A stretch of DNA of 58,194 nt, the filler included, from Jimgerdemannia flammicorona (Eukaryota), in the NCBI GenBank assembly GCA_003990765.1. It is 2 parts of 2 records of this genome, joined end to end, with 100 filler letters (N's around TTAATTAATTAA, not from the genome) between each part and the next. Parts side by side here need not be neighbours in the genome. Positions count along the whole stretch, not along the records: positions 1 to 29,055 come from RBNJ01000524.1; 1 more part is not named here. One strand, 5' to 3'. Position numbers and translations under genes: made by a program. This document shows positions 12,867 through 26,300 of the stretch, in pieces; the stretch's first letter is position 1, and every line of letters starts with the position of its first letter. The notes beneath the pieces were generated by a model. The model saw only the letters and a list, made by a program, of their open reading frames with translations, made no database searches and was not told the DNA's origin.

Positions 12867-13249
12867 GACTGCATCAGGGTGGATCTTTCAAATCTTGATC
12901 TTGATTTCTTCTTCATCATCACTATCCTTCAGGAGAGCTGGTGGTTCATCATCTTCCTCCTTCTCTTCTTCCCTGGTCTGTTTTTCAAGAGCTTTCTGCC
13001 TTCTTTCCTGGTGAATCTTCCTGATTCCGATGGTGCACTGGTAACAATCATTGACATACTCCATACAGTACATCTTGATCCTATGAGGACAGACTCCTTG
13101 TGGTACATAGCCTTCTGCTATCTTCTTGCACCATTCTTCTTTACTCATCCATCCAACTTTCTTCTTCTTTGGAGTAGTCACCATATAAGCTTCCTCTTGC
13201 TCACTCTCTTCTTCCTCCATATCAGACAGGACTCCTTTGTTGACATTGA

Positions 13250-14949
13250 TGGAGATTCATATCTTCTGTCCCTGGTAGGTGATCTGCATCTTCTGAGCAT
13301 TGAGATCGATTACTGCCTTGGTTTTGTGAAGCCATTGATTGCCGATGAGGATGTTATAGTTGGTGGCATTGGTTACAATTATATCTACTGGGATTGTTGC
13401 TCCTCCAATCTTGATGGGAACATCTCAGATCTTTCCCAGAGGTGTGGCTCTTGTGCCATCAGCTGTGATGAACACCAGCTTAGTTGCTTCTTCTACATCC
13501 CAACCTAGGCAGTTTGCTGCCTTCTTGCTGAGGAGACATCCTCCTGCTCTCATATCGATGATAGCTTCAAAGATTCTATCTTTGATTTGGTATATTATAT
13601 ATGCAGAGGTTTTGCAATTATCCTCACTTTCTTCTCCTAAGTCTTCTTGAACATTATTGGCCTCAGTTATCTTCCATTCTTGTTCCTTAGTTGTTTTGGC
13701 AAGTCTAAACCTCATTTGCTGTCTAAATGTTGGGATTTCTGTGAGCTGACCAAAGGTTGTATTAATCTTTTGTTGACTGAGATCCTTGAAGAAAGATCTT
13801 GGTCTTGCGAAGCTTCTTTTCTTTTTCTCCTTCACTGGCTGAAGTGGTTCCTCAGATGATATCTTGAACTGCTTGCTCCAGCTCTATATCTTGGTCCATC
13901 TCTTTGGCTTAGCTTTCTGTAGCAGTTTTCATCTGCTTTTCCACTGGGTTCTTCTTGGGTCTTCCTGGCAGTCTCTTATAGGGTTCTTTGTGAACATCCT
14001 TCTTGGTGGTCTGAGCAGGATAGGCCTCCCATTTCTCTTCATCAGATTCTCTGATTTCTTCAAAGGTGATTATATTGGTCTGCTCCTTGTTTCATGTAGC
14101 ATTGCTTGATTGAGCCTTGTGCTTGGTTTCGCTCATACATTTATAGGAGTAGTGGCCTTCTTCTCAACAGCTGTAGCAGGTACCTTTCTTCTTGTCTGAA
14201 GTGGTGGCAAACTTCTGAACAGAGCAGCGGTCTCTTCCTCAAATTTCCTTTACCATATCTCCCAGGTGGGCAGTCATTTTGGCAAACCTTTTGGTAAGTT
14301 CCTCAATAGGGTCACTGTTATTTTACTGCTCTGTAGCTTTTGGCTGAGGTGTGTTTCGATTGATCATTATGGTAGAGATCATACTAGTTGCCTTGGGTGC
14401 TTTGATTCTAACTCCCATGACCCTTTCCATTGTATGGTCTTGTGGATATCTGACTATCCAGTATCGCTGAGCATCGGTGACCTTCTGTGGTAGATCCAGA
14501 ATCACTAGTGATGAGCGGATGGCCATGGTTATTTCTGGATAGACTCCTTTCATAAAGGTTGCTTCAGCTACTTGATCTCAGATAGCAGCAGCATAATCTG
14601 CAAGGATTATCTGATATCGAATTCTGATATAGAATGTGTTTAGATCCTTGCTCATTCCTTGACATATTGTATTGAGCTGATCCTTCAGGGCTTGCTTGAT
14701 CTCATCTGTATAATATATATTATGGAGCCAGGTCTTCTGTGCTGTCAGTATAGCATTGACATCATTTCCTGTATGGGTTGCAGCTGTGAATGCTGCTCTG
14801 GCAGGACCTCATAGGCTGAAGAGCATGAGGGCTACTTGCTATACTGCTGTCAGAGTTCTTACAGTGGCATACTGTTCAAAATCGTCAATGAAGGTGATGA
14901 TTGATTCATCTGAGGTATATCTATAGAATACTGGTGGTCTCATATCCAT
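13250..14949 (-). pseudogene. Gypsy gag and aspartic protease
   Basis: Gag-like start MDMRPPVF; FMKGVYPEI; protease-like AIIDMRAGGCLLSK...FITADGTRATPLGKI. Confidence 0.8.
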
Positions 14950-15063
14950 CTTGTCTGAATATTGGGGCTCAGTTTATGTGGTTGTTCAGGTAGTAGTGGT
15001 TGTTCGTTGTTTAGCTTGAAAGTGAGGAATTCATCTTGAATCACCAGCCAATGGGCACCAAGT

Positions 15064-15529
15064 TGTAACATAGTGGATGCTTACTCTTGAAAGTACGTCG
15101 GATTTCTATATCTTGAAAACTTGATCTTCTCTAACTTCTCGGAGTCCTTTGAGTTATAGGGGAGGGTGGGTGAGTTCGAAGTGTATCTGCCCATAGGCTT
15201 ACTAGTTCCTTTACTATCTCTTTGCTTTGAACTATTTCGATCTGAGGTTTATTCACTCGAAGATACTGGGTTATTTATATAAGTTTGCTAGCTATGAGAT
15301 GGTTACTGGGTTACATGGCTAAGTTATGAGTTATTTAACACTTTGCGAAATATTTCACCAGTTGCAAAATGCTATACTAAATCAAGAAGCTCAATCTTGC
15401 ACTTTGCAAAATATTTAGCAAATGGCAGAATCGAGGACTGCTAACTATGTGGCTATACTACTTTGGGACTGGGTGCAATCAAGTGTTTGTTCTTTATTTC
15501 CTTCTTCCAAATCTGGCTATACTGTCACA
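15064..15529 (-). repeat. Gypsy 5' LTR (family A)
   Basis: Direct repeat of 8829-9294, adjacent to the PBS. Confidence 0.97.
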
Positions 15530-18409
15530 GTATATATCTGGGATCCTTAACCTTATATATACAGATATATATGGGTCAATATATATGCTATCATATTTTA
15601 GAAAGAAGTATTTTATTATATTCATTAATGATTATATATATAAAGTGTATGTATACTTTTTATTAGTAAATAGTAAAGTATTAAAGAAATTCAAAAAATT
15701 TAAAGCAATAGCTAAGAATGAAATAAGATAGAGAATATATACTATACAATCAGATAACAGATGCAAATATATCAATAATGCATTCAGGTAATTTATAAAA
15801 AAATATAATATATAACATCAAATAACAATTTCTTATATATCTCAGCAAAATGGTATAGCTGAGTAATTTAACTATATGGTTATAGAAATGGCTTATACAA
15901 TAATTAATATAGTAGGATTGAGATATTTCTATTGAACTGAAGCCATCAATATAGTAATATATATATAATCAATATATATCTTAAGTACTAAGTAAAGAAA
16001 CTAATAATAATAATAAGTATTTAAAGAATGATAATCTTATTTCTAAAGAATTATGGAGTGAAACTAAGCCTGATATATCACATCTATATATATTTAGATA
16101 TAATGCATATATCCTCAATAAGAGTAATACCAATTGGTATAAATTTGAGCTAAAAGCTAGTAAGTATATATTTCTCAGATATTCTGGTAGGATGTATAGA
16201 CTCTGGGATCTACATAAGCAGTATATTATCATTTTATATAATATATAATTCAGAGAAAAAGAAAATGAAGAATCTCATATAGATCTCCTAGTTAATATAT
16301 CTATATCTATATCTCAGCTAGTATAAGTATAATAATCATCATTAATCTCTCTAGCAGTCAATTGAAATTATTTTCAACTACTATACATGTCTGAATCTAA
16401 GCCAAGAATAATAAAGATCAAGGATGAAGATGATGACAGATTCAATACTGAGAGATCTTTTATAAAGAATAAATAAAAGCATTCTAATATTTGCTAAGAA
16501 ACTCATTCTGAATTAGAAAGTTATTGAGATATACCAATGAGCCCTAGATAGTAGTAACATTAAGACTATATAAGTTATACCAAAGTATACAAATATATGT
16601 ATATTGCAATATACAGTGAACTAAATATATATAATGAATACATAATAGTTGAGAAATATGATTTACTTAATAAGAATAATATATAGGATCTTATATCTCT
16701 TCTATCAAATTGTCAAATGATTAAATCAAAGTAAGTCTATAGAATCAAGTATATGAGTGACAGAAGTATAGAGTGATATATATATATAAAGCTCATTTTA
16801 TTACTAAGAGTTATTTGTAGGATTATAGTATAGATTATAATGAGACATTTTTACTAATATTTAAGCTTACTTTAATTAGAATACTTCTTATGATTAGCAT
16901 ACTATATGACCTAGAAATCTATTAATAGATGTCAAGATAGTATTCCTGAATAGTGATATAGATACTAAACTATATATCTATTAACCACAAGAATATAAAA
17001 AAGATGAGCTCATATGTAAATCATATAAATAATTATATAATATTAAGTAAGCAACATAATTATAGAATAAAAGAATTAAAAAACATCTCCTTGATGATAG
17101 ATTTACCAACTGTGAAGCAGATAATTATATATATATCTAATACTATAGTAATGATATAGTTATCATTGATATCTAAGTTGATGATATAATCATTATTATT
17201 AGTAAGAATAGGCTTAATAGAGTTAAAAAAACCCTATGCTGAGAATTCAGAATAACAGATATAGGTGTCACATTTTTTCTTTTAGAGATATCTATTATAT
17301 ATAATAGAAATATATATGCTATATATCTCTTGCAAGCAATATATGCTAAACCAATTCTTGAATATTTCAATATGAATGAATACAAGTCTGTTAGTACTCC
17401 TATAGATATTTCTATAAAGTTAAGAAAGCCAGATACTACTCTTAAAAATGACAACAATATGCTAGCCAAAAATAATACCAAAGATATATCATATTAGTAA
17501 GTAGTCAATTCCCTTATATATCTTATATTAGGAATGAGGCCCAATATATCATATGCTATAAATAAGATAGTATAGTATTCCTCTTATCATGATAATTTGT
17601 ATTAAAGTACTATCAAGAGAATATTTAGATATCTTAAGAGTATAGTATACTGTATACTTATATTAGATAATGGTAATAGCAGGAGAAATGATAATAAAAA
17701 TAGTATTCAGTCATCTAGTATATATGATACTAACTGGGCAGGTGATCTGGATAACTACCAATCTACAACCAGATATCTCTTTTATATTAGTAACCAATAG
17801 TCTGTTATCTCATAGCAAATATACAAGCAATCATCTGTAGCAATATTATCAATATAGATGAAGTATCAGACATTGTCATTAGTAATAAAGAAAGTTATTT
17901 GGCTTTGAAAACTATTAAAAAAACTTAAATTCACTCAATAATAGAGCACTATACTACACTAGGATAACCAGTCTATAATTGTACTTGCTAAGAATTCAGT
18001 ACATCATAGTAGAATAAAATATATTGATATACAGTATTATTTTATTTGCAAATATATAGAAAATAGTGCTATACATATACTTAGAATATATTCTCATAAA
18101 GTATATAATTGCTGATCTATTTATGAAAGATCTTTAAAGACTACAATTTAAGCTATATATTAAAGAAATGAGTCTTATAAGTAATACACCAGTTTAGCAG
18201 TTATTTATAGAATATTTTTCAGACTCTCAAAAGCCTCTCTTACTATATTTTGTATTATTTATATCTATATTTTATATTACTGCATCTTTTATCTATAAGT
18301 GAATTTTATGAGTATTTCAGATATTTTGGATATATTTTAGAATACTTTTTTTGACTCATGAAAATTTCTTAGATATAGAATTTTATATGTAATTCTTTAG
18401 ATTATATGC

Positions 18410-18474
<65 letters not shown>

Positions 18475-18518
18475 CTAGTTTACATTCTTTTTGAGTTATA
18501 TATATTATTGAGCAGAAG

Positions 18519-18655
18519 TATTGGGATGATAACTTGATATATAAATATGCAACTTATGCTATTCTATTAGATTTATAATATTTATCAGTAATATATAAAA
18601 TATATGATCTATATAAATTCAATAAAGTACCTCTCTTTGCCTCTCTTTTACTATA
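18519..18655 (+). repeat. Copia 3' LTR
   Basis: Aligns to 6829-6973. Confidence 0.85.
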
Positions 18656-18914
18656 TTATTATTTCTTAGTCTTTGGATTACAAAAATAATGTATACTTAG
18701 ATAATAGCTTATCCTAGACATTATTGTTTATATGGACAATTATAGGGTTATTCATGTTTATAGATTTTTTCTAATAACTATTCAGAGATAGTATTAAAGA
18801 AATAGACAACTCAGGTTCTATTTACAGTCTGCTCTTACTAGCTATATTCTGCTTCTATAGTATTCAGGAGAATTTTCAGTCTTATAGTAAATGCTTCAAG
18901 ATCTTCTTTTCTAT

Positions 18915-20284
18915 TGTAACGTACCGGCTCAATGGAGGCAAATTACAAGATTGGGGGTTGATGTAGTTTGGCTTGAGCCCCCAGTTACTTTGTCAAAAAG
19001 CAATAAAATGTTCTTAGTATTTAGTGGTATAATAGTCAAGATCTGGATACTATGCAAGCAGTTTCCTTTTTGGGACAGTTCTCTGGGTGTAGCGGTGATT
19101 TGTATGTAAATGGACTTCCTTCTTGGGTCAACTGGGAATGGTACAATTTGTGTAGCATGAGTGGTTTCCTTCTTGAGTAGTGGGTGATTTCTGTATAGCG
19201 CGATGATCTTGTGCATGATGGTCTGGCAATTTAGTGGTTCTCCTTATATGATTTCTGCATGACAATCTCTGTGTAGTGCGACAGATTCCTTATGTAGGAC
19301 ATTCTGATAATTTCAGTGGATAACTCGATTTGGCTCACTGGGAATTGTATGGCGTGGGTTCTGGAAATAATGCTGGCGGCGGATATCTCAATAACTCGGG
19401 CTCACTGAGAATAGCGAATAACTTGGACAGTGTGAATCGGACTCTTCTGGGAATGCGGATAACTTGGAAATGGCAGATGACACAGATTCTTTCTGAATCA
19501 GCGGGCTTCTGGGAAATAACTCGGATGGCTCTAACTGGGAATACGGTGGATAACTTAGAAATGGTGGATAACTTGGATAACTCGGGTGGTGTGGATTCTT
19601 TCTAAATCGGCTTCAACTGGGAATACTACTCAGATTCTTGGCAAGTTATGTCAAAGACTGGCTTCATTTGCACAGGGTTACATCATAGACTGGCTCCACT
19701 GTGAAGTTACATCAGAAAGACTGGCTTGTGGCAAGAAAGGCGGCAGAAATCTTCAGGCTTATCTGGCAAGCGAACCAATAACAATAATTCCAAAGGCGGC
19801 GAAGTTCTTCCTTGAACTTAGGCAGCAAACTCGAATTCTTCAGGCTTATCTGGCAAGCGAACCAAAAACATAACAAACTCTTCTTTGTATCGGAAAGTAG
19901 ACTGGAGTGGAAATAAGGGGACCAATTGCTCAATCTTTAGAGGCTTCTTTGGTTTGCACTTCAATTTGGACTGAGGTTTTATTCACTCTCGCCTCTGGGG
20001 TAATTTATACAAGTTGGTTGCTATCTGGTTACTATGTGGCTAACTATAGATCTGCTACTTATGGCAGATGTATAGAGTCTGTACAGTGTACAGGACCTGT
20101 ACAGTGTATAGAGTCTGTATGGTGTACAGAGTCTGTACAGGTAAACAGACCCTTTCTGGTATGTCTGGCTATTTATACAGTTTCTGCAGCAAGGGTTACT
20201 GGTTACTAAGCTGAGTGTTCACGTCATCTTGTTCGCGTCATCTGGTTAAGATATGATTCGGGTGGTATGTCTTGGCTTGTCACA
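18915..20284 (-). repeat. Long (~1.37 kb) LTR, family B, probably solo
   Basis: TGTAAC...GTCACA ends; reverse-complement homologue of 20324-21734 and 41829-42810; internal short tandem repeats. Flanks are CTAT and ATAT. Confidence 0.85.
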
Positions 20285-20323
20285 ATATATATATATATAT
20301 TTGTATATATATATTATATATAT

Positions 20324-23300
20324 TGTGATGAGTAAATAGTATAATATAGCCAGATGATGTGAACTCTCAGCATATCATAGTTACTTATGCACATCACACT
20401 TATAATTAGCCAGAATGCTAAATCAGGGTTATTTATCTATATTCTGAGGACACACCTATGTCTAATGGACACACTCATGTCCTGTAGACATACTTATATC
20501 TTGTGGATACACTTATATCCTATGAATACACCCAAATATTACCAGAAATAGTAAATTTATAATTATTCAGATAGTAACCAGATAGCAACTACAATGTATA
20601 AAATACCCTAGAGATAAGAGTGAATAAACCTCAGTCCAAAATATAAATACCAAAGAAGCCTCTAAAGATTGAGAATTGGTCCTCTTTCCACTCCAGTCTA
20701 CTTTCTGATATAAAGATTAATTGGTATACTTGCTAGACTAAGTCTGAAGATTTGCAACTAAAGTTTAAGAAAGAACTTCACTATCTTTTAAAAAGAAATC
20801 TATTACTTAAGGAATAAGCTGCTATATTTTAGTTTGCTTGCCTGATAAGCCTGAAAGTTTGCCACTTAGTTCAAGTAAAGAACTTCACCACTATTTCCAA
20901 GTTATCTATATTTCTAGAGAGCCTGCTATAAGGAATCTTGCTATAAGCCAGTCTTTTGATATAACTTCAAGTAACCTGTTTATAGAAATACAGCCAGTCT
21001 TTGACATAACTTTATCAAGAATCTGAGTTATTATTCAAGAAGCCTACTGATTCAGAAAGAATCTACCATATCTGAGTTATCTGAATTATCTATATTGTCC
21101 AAGTTATTCACCTATTCCCAGTGAGATGATTTAGGAAGAATCTATAACATCTGAGTTATCTAAGTTATCCAAATTATCTACCACCAGTACAATTCCCAGT
21201 GAGCCAATTCAGAAGAATCTGTACCATCTGAATTATCTGCCATTCTCAGAAGAACTGCCAAGTTGTTTTTCTCTGAGCCTAATTTAGGAGAATCCATGCC
21301 AAATCAAGTTATTTACCAAATCTGCATAAGGAGTACTGTTAAGATTATCATGCAGAAATTGCATACTTTTAGAGATTGTTATACTATATAGAGATCATCA
21401 TGCAGAGATTACTACTATCCAAGAAGAAAAACTACTAAATTGCCAGATCATCATCATATATAAGGAGATCATCATACTACACAGAGACTATCATACAAAT
21501 TACCCATGCTGTATATACAAAATTGCTACTATACTCAAGAACCTATCTCAATAAGGAAATTGCCAGAATCACTTGCAGATATCCAGCTTTAACTATTATA
21601 CCACTAAATACCACTAAGGATCTCAGGAATTATAAGAACATTTTATTGCTTTTGATAAAGTAACTGGGGGCTCAAGCAAAACTATATCAACTCCCAATCT
21701 TGTAATTTGTCTCTATTGAGCCAGGCATATTATATTTGAGGGCTCAACTAAGAAGATTTCAAAATTGACATGACTTTTCAGCTCATAAGAACCCACAGTC
21801 AAACTGAACATATTTGGTACAACACCAATTTCTGCCACTACAGGAGAACCAGTTATTACCAGTATCTGAACAGAAAGAGAAATAATTACCTCAAGACTTA
21901 CCAATTATCTAGTATTGGAAGGATCCCAACTAGAAACCAGTATAGTCTGAAATCCTCAATCAGTTTAACTAGACAATACAGGCAGCCCTGTTGGAGACTT
22001 TGAAGAACTTACCCAAGAACTAGAAGATCTTATTACATAAGCTCAAAATTCTATAGTTAGATACCCCATAGCAGTCCCACCAATCTCACTCATTGAACCT
22101 TTACCACCAGCCCTTGCAGAACTGGAAGCAGCTCCTTCAAGAATATCCACCATTCTCAAGATACCCAAGCACCCCCATCTCCAGTGATAGTTTAGAAAGT
22201 GAATCAGAGTTAGAATCCAAATTAGAATCTGGACCAGAACTAGAATCAGAAGAAAGTGACAATGAAATGGCCACCTCATTGCCAACCTTTGTAAGATATC
22301 TGGAGGAAGACCCTAGAGAATTCCTTAATAGAATTAAAAGAATTGCAGCTCTGAGAGATCTCCCAGATGAAAGGAAAATCACTATCTATAAGACCCAGCT
22401 CAGAGAACCAGCTAGAGGAATTTTCCACTGAACAACAAATGACTCACACTCAGAACTAGTAATACAAATATAAGCAGCAGCATTCTACAAGCTGGAATAT
22501 ATAGCCATAGTCTATTGGCTCATCAAAAAATATGCAGGAAATGAAACCTACTATAAGGCTTAAGAATCCATCATGGGGATGAAGATAAATCTTAGAGAAT
22601 TACCCAGAGCCTTCTTTATATAAATCCAGAAGAGAATACATATAGCTGAGTTCAATGCTACCAACCAAGACATCATAGGTCCAATGACCTTCATAAATGA
22701 ATTCCTCCAAACATTGCCCAGTATGTCTGTACCCTAGATATCAGAAGGTCTGAAGAGCAAGTAGATATAGCCCAAGAATTCTTTGATATCAGACAAGAAA
22801 CTACCTGGAGTGACCAATAAGAAGGATAATAAAGAAGATATTCTAGTCAAAGCCCTACAAGGACTCCTTCAAGGATAAGAAAGATCTGAAGAAAGAAGAA
22901 TAGGAGTAAAATTTAAGACCTTAGCTCCAAGTTGGACTGATTAGTTAAGCAGATTGAAAAACTCACCATATACAAAAATAGGAGTTATCAAGACAGCAGA
23001 GGATATCCATCACAGAAAAATCAAGGTTATCTACTAAGAGATAACAAGAACTACCAGCAAGAGAAAAGAAGATACTCTGCCCAAGACAGAGCCCAAGTCT
23101 AATGCTTCTACTGTAGATAATTTGGACACTATACCACTAAATGTGGCAACAAAAGAAGTGACTGAAGGGATTCAGAACCACCAAACTGAAGAAATGACAC
23201 TCAGTACAAGAAGACTGAAGTCCATCTTGTCAAAGATTTTGAAGAAGCAAGTAACAGTAAAGACTACAGTAACCTAGACTTGTACCCTGCTAAGGTTACT

Positions 23301-26300
23301 ACTCAAAGAACAGTCTACCCAGCAGAGAAAAGAAAGAGACCTGTAGAAAGACCATCCAGAAATATCAGCAGAAGAATTATCCAAGAAAAAGATGAAGAAC
23401 ATGAAGAAGAACAAGTAAAAACACCTCCTCAGACCCCCTTACCTTTTGTCTCCAAGACAAATGAGCTGCTACCAAAGGATGAAGAGATGGAGCAAGAAGA
23501 ATAGAAACCTACTGCCCCAAAGTCCAAGAAGAAGTACACTCCAAAGATTATACCCAGAGACATCTACAATGAAGCCTGACAGAAGATTCAAGAAGTCAAG
23601 ATAGAAGTCCCTCTCCTGCAGTTCCTATAACTGATACTAGCTAGAGTCTGAAATAAATTGCTGAGGACCACTAGGTCTAGCACTGGTCAGGTCCCTAATC
23701 CACAGTAAGAGCCAGCCCCCATACCTATCCAGGCTGCAGAAAGACATGTCTATATAGAGATATTAGAGGACAAAAGGTGAAAATCCTCATAAATATAAAA
23801 GTAGCTGTCTGTATCATTACCAAATAATTCCTGGATACCCTCCAATGGCCCATTGATGGACTATCCAATTTCAGTATCATAGTAGCAGATGGAGCCCAAA
23901 CTCAACCCCTTGGAGAAGTACAAAATATCACTATCTCTCTTGGACACATTCAGTTCTCTATCCCAAAAGCTATTATTACTGAAGCTATTACCTATAATAT
24001 AATCCTTAATACTAACTGGATGAAGAAAATAAATACAGTTGTTGACATTGGTCAACAAGTACTCAAGTTTGACTACTAAGGCAAGAAGTACAGAGTTAAG
24101 GTGACTAACTATGAGTAATTGAAGAAGAAGAAAAAGATCACTATCTAGGAGAAATATACCAATAGTGAAGAATCTACCATAGAAGAGGAGGAAGAATCCA
24201 AAGATGAAAATGATCCCAGACTCAATCCTGGATCAACCTAATAGATAACAGGCCAGAAGACAATATATGGGCCAAGAACACCATCCCTATTACCATTAGA
24301 GCCATTGCAGGAGAAATCAAAGAATGCTCTATCTGTCTTAAGAGATTTAAGTATCCTGAGCACTTCTCCAAGATTATTGAGACAAGGAATTCGCCTGGCA
24401 CAGCTTGCCCCAAGTGCAGAAGAAAGAAGAAAAAATGCAGACATGCCCCAGAGACACCTGTAGCCAAAGCTGCAGAAGTACAAGCAATTTGGAGTCAAGA
24501 GTCATCTGAGAAAGAAGAGGTCTCTGAACTCATTCCCTGGGATAACTCTTATTGGACACTATCTGAAGATAATGACCCTTGGAATATAGAAGAAGGACCC
24601 AGCACAATCTCTATTATTCCTAAGAAAGAAACTTACCAAAAAAGGGCTTTCTGGCTAGGAAGATGTCTATACCAAATAATCTTCTACTCTCTCTGAGATT
24701 ACTGCTATCAGTGTCATCTACTAGATCAGCAAGAAAGACAGAGACCCTAAAGACCAGAACTCCCAAATATAGTTATACAGTCAACTACCTTCTAAGAAGT
24801 TACTACTAAATTGCAAAGTTGATTTAGAGGACAAGGTCTCTTCATCCAAACAGAAGTATATCTCTTGTCCACTCTTCTCCCAACTTATAATCAAGATAGA
24901 TACTGATTCCCAAGACAATAAGAGATCAACAACCAGAAATAGCATTTCTGAGCAATGGGATATTGTAACTATAGAAAACACCCAGACTGCCAAGACTATA
25001 GACATCAGAAGATTCACCTCAGTCATGATGTTGCAATCCACACTCTGAAGAGAGAAGATAACAGAGGTCAGATCTAAAAAAGCCAGACCAAGAGGCCAGG
25101 AAGAAGGACCCTCAAGATCTATGATTTAAGAGAAGATATTCTAGCTCTCATCAGACATACAATCTGTCAAGAATGGGCAGAAGATGCCACCAACTTTATA
25201 GAAGCCCTAGACTCTACAGGAAGAAGAGGAATCAACTATCTTCAAGACCCCTCTACTAGAGCCAGATGGCTGCACCTCAACCTCAGAGCCTGGAGGCTCT
25301 CTGCTAGTAGAACTTCAGTCCAAGGACAGCCTGAACTCAGTAAGGATGTTGTCCAGTATACCCTACTATATCCCAAGGCTAAAACTCTGATCAAAGCTCA
25401 TCCAGAAGATATAGGATATAATTTTCATAGTCTGGAGAATGAATCCATCAAGCCTGGAAGAATATTTATAATCAGAACCAGACTAGCCATACAGCCACTC
25501 TAAGGAACTGACCTCAAGATCTGGACTTGTCAGCCAAAGAATAACCATAGAAGGAGGAACCATTGACCCAGGATATACAGGTAAAATTAAGGTCATTCTG
25601 CACAACAGTAGTATAGAATAGTACTGAATTATAAGAGAACAGAAGATTGCCCAAGCAGTCTTTATGAAAGTCAAGACCTCACAATGCAAGAAGTCTCCAA
25701 ACTGACTGAAGGAACAAGGCAAACTGAAGGATTTAGAAGCTCAGATAAGAAGAAAGTACACCTCCTTCAGATCAATTATCTCAAGAGGAATGTTCCCTAG
25801 CAAGTATACTACCAATTAGTCAAACTGTACAATAATCTCATCTTAGAGCCTAGAGAACAAACTACCTTTGAAATCTTTACACTACCCAATCCCAGAAATC
25901 TCTTCTTCAAACTCAATAAAGATATCCCAAACCTGGACATATGTAGAAGGATATATATTCCCTGACAAGATGAATCTAGTATACTCCTGAGCAATCAACC
26001 AAAGTTGAGAAACCATTATCTTGCCAACTATCATAGGAAATCTGGTGCCTTTTCTCAATCAAACTCATTGAGAAGTTTATGAACTAAACTTATCAAGAAA
26101 TGCCAAAAGGTCCCAGAAGAAAGGAAAGACCCCTCTGCGACCCAGGAGACAGTGAAACCTTTCACCAATATTAGAGAAGAATTGACACTCCAGCAATAGT
26201 AACAACTAGTGAAACTCCTCAACAAATATCAAGATATTTTCACTACAGACTATGGCAACCTACTATACAACTCATCATATCATTATAGTATAAATACAAG

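Larger units (their letters stand above)
8829..15529 (-). mobile_element. Full-length Ty3/Gypsy LTR retrotransposon with dUTPase and a 3' extra ORF (inactivated by stops)
   Basis: 466-bp TG...CA LTRs at 8829-9294 and 15064-15529, with 4-bp TSD GTAT. PBS-like TGGTGCCCATTGG (~15048-15060) and PPT CAGGAGGAAG. Domain order is gag (from 14949), PR, dUTPase, RT, RH, IN. Confidence 0.97.
6829..18655 (+). mobile_element. Heavily mutated Ty1/Copia LTR retrotransposon, interrupted by a Gypsy element
   Basis: Related LTRs at 6829-6973 and 18519-18655, with TSD CTATT/TTATT. GGTTATAAGCCC follows the 5' LTR (fungal Copia GGTTATGAGCCC), and a purine tract precedes the 3' LTR. Decayed gag, integrase (~15540-15960), RT and RNase H (DTNWAGDLDNYQSTTRYLF ~17726; IKYIDIQYYFI ~18014) occur in IN-RT-RH order. 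Confidence 0.9.

Noticed and set aside
12879..14493. Plus-strand hydrophobic ORFs (e.g. 209 aa)
   Set aside because: Antisense shadows of the purine-rich Gypsy coding strand.
18412..18471. Very long homopolymer runs (also ~756, 36683, 50630, 53229)
   Set aside because: Slippage or sequencing-prone tracts; no associated LINE/SINE body identified.
24403..24440. ACPKCRRKKKKC as a Zn2Cys6 transcription factor
   Set aside because: The second Cys triplet is missing; it pairs better with the upstream CSIC as a C4 finger inside pol.
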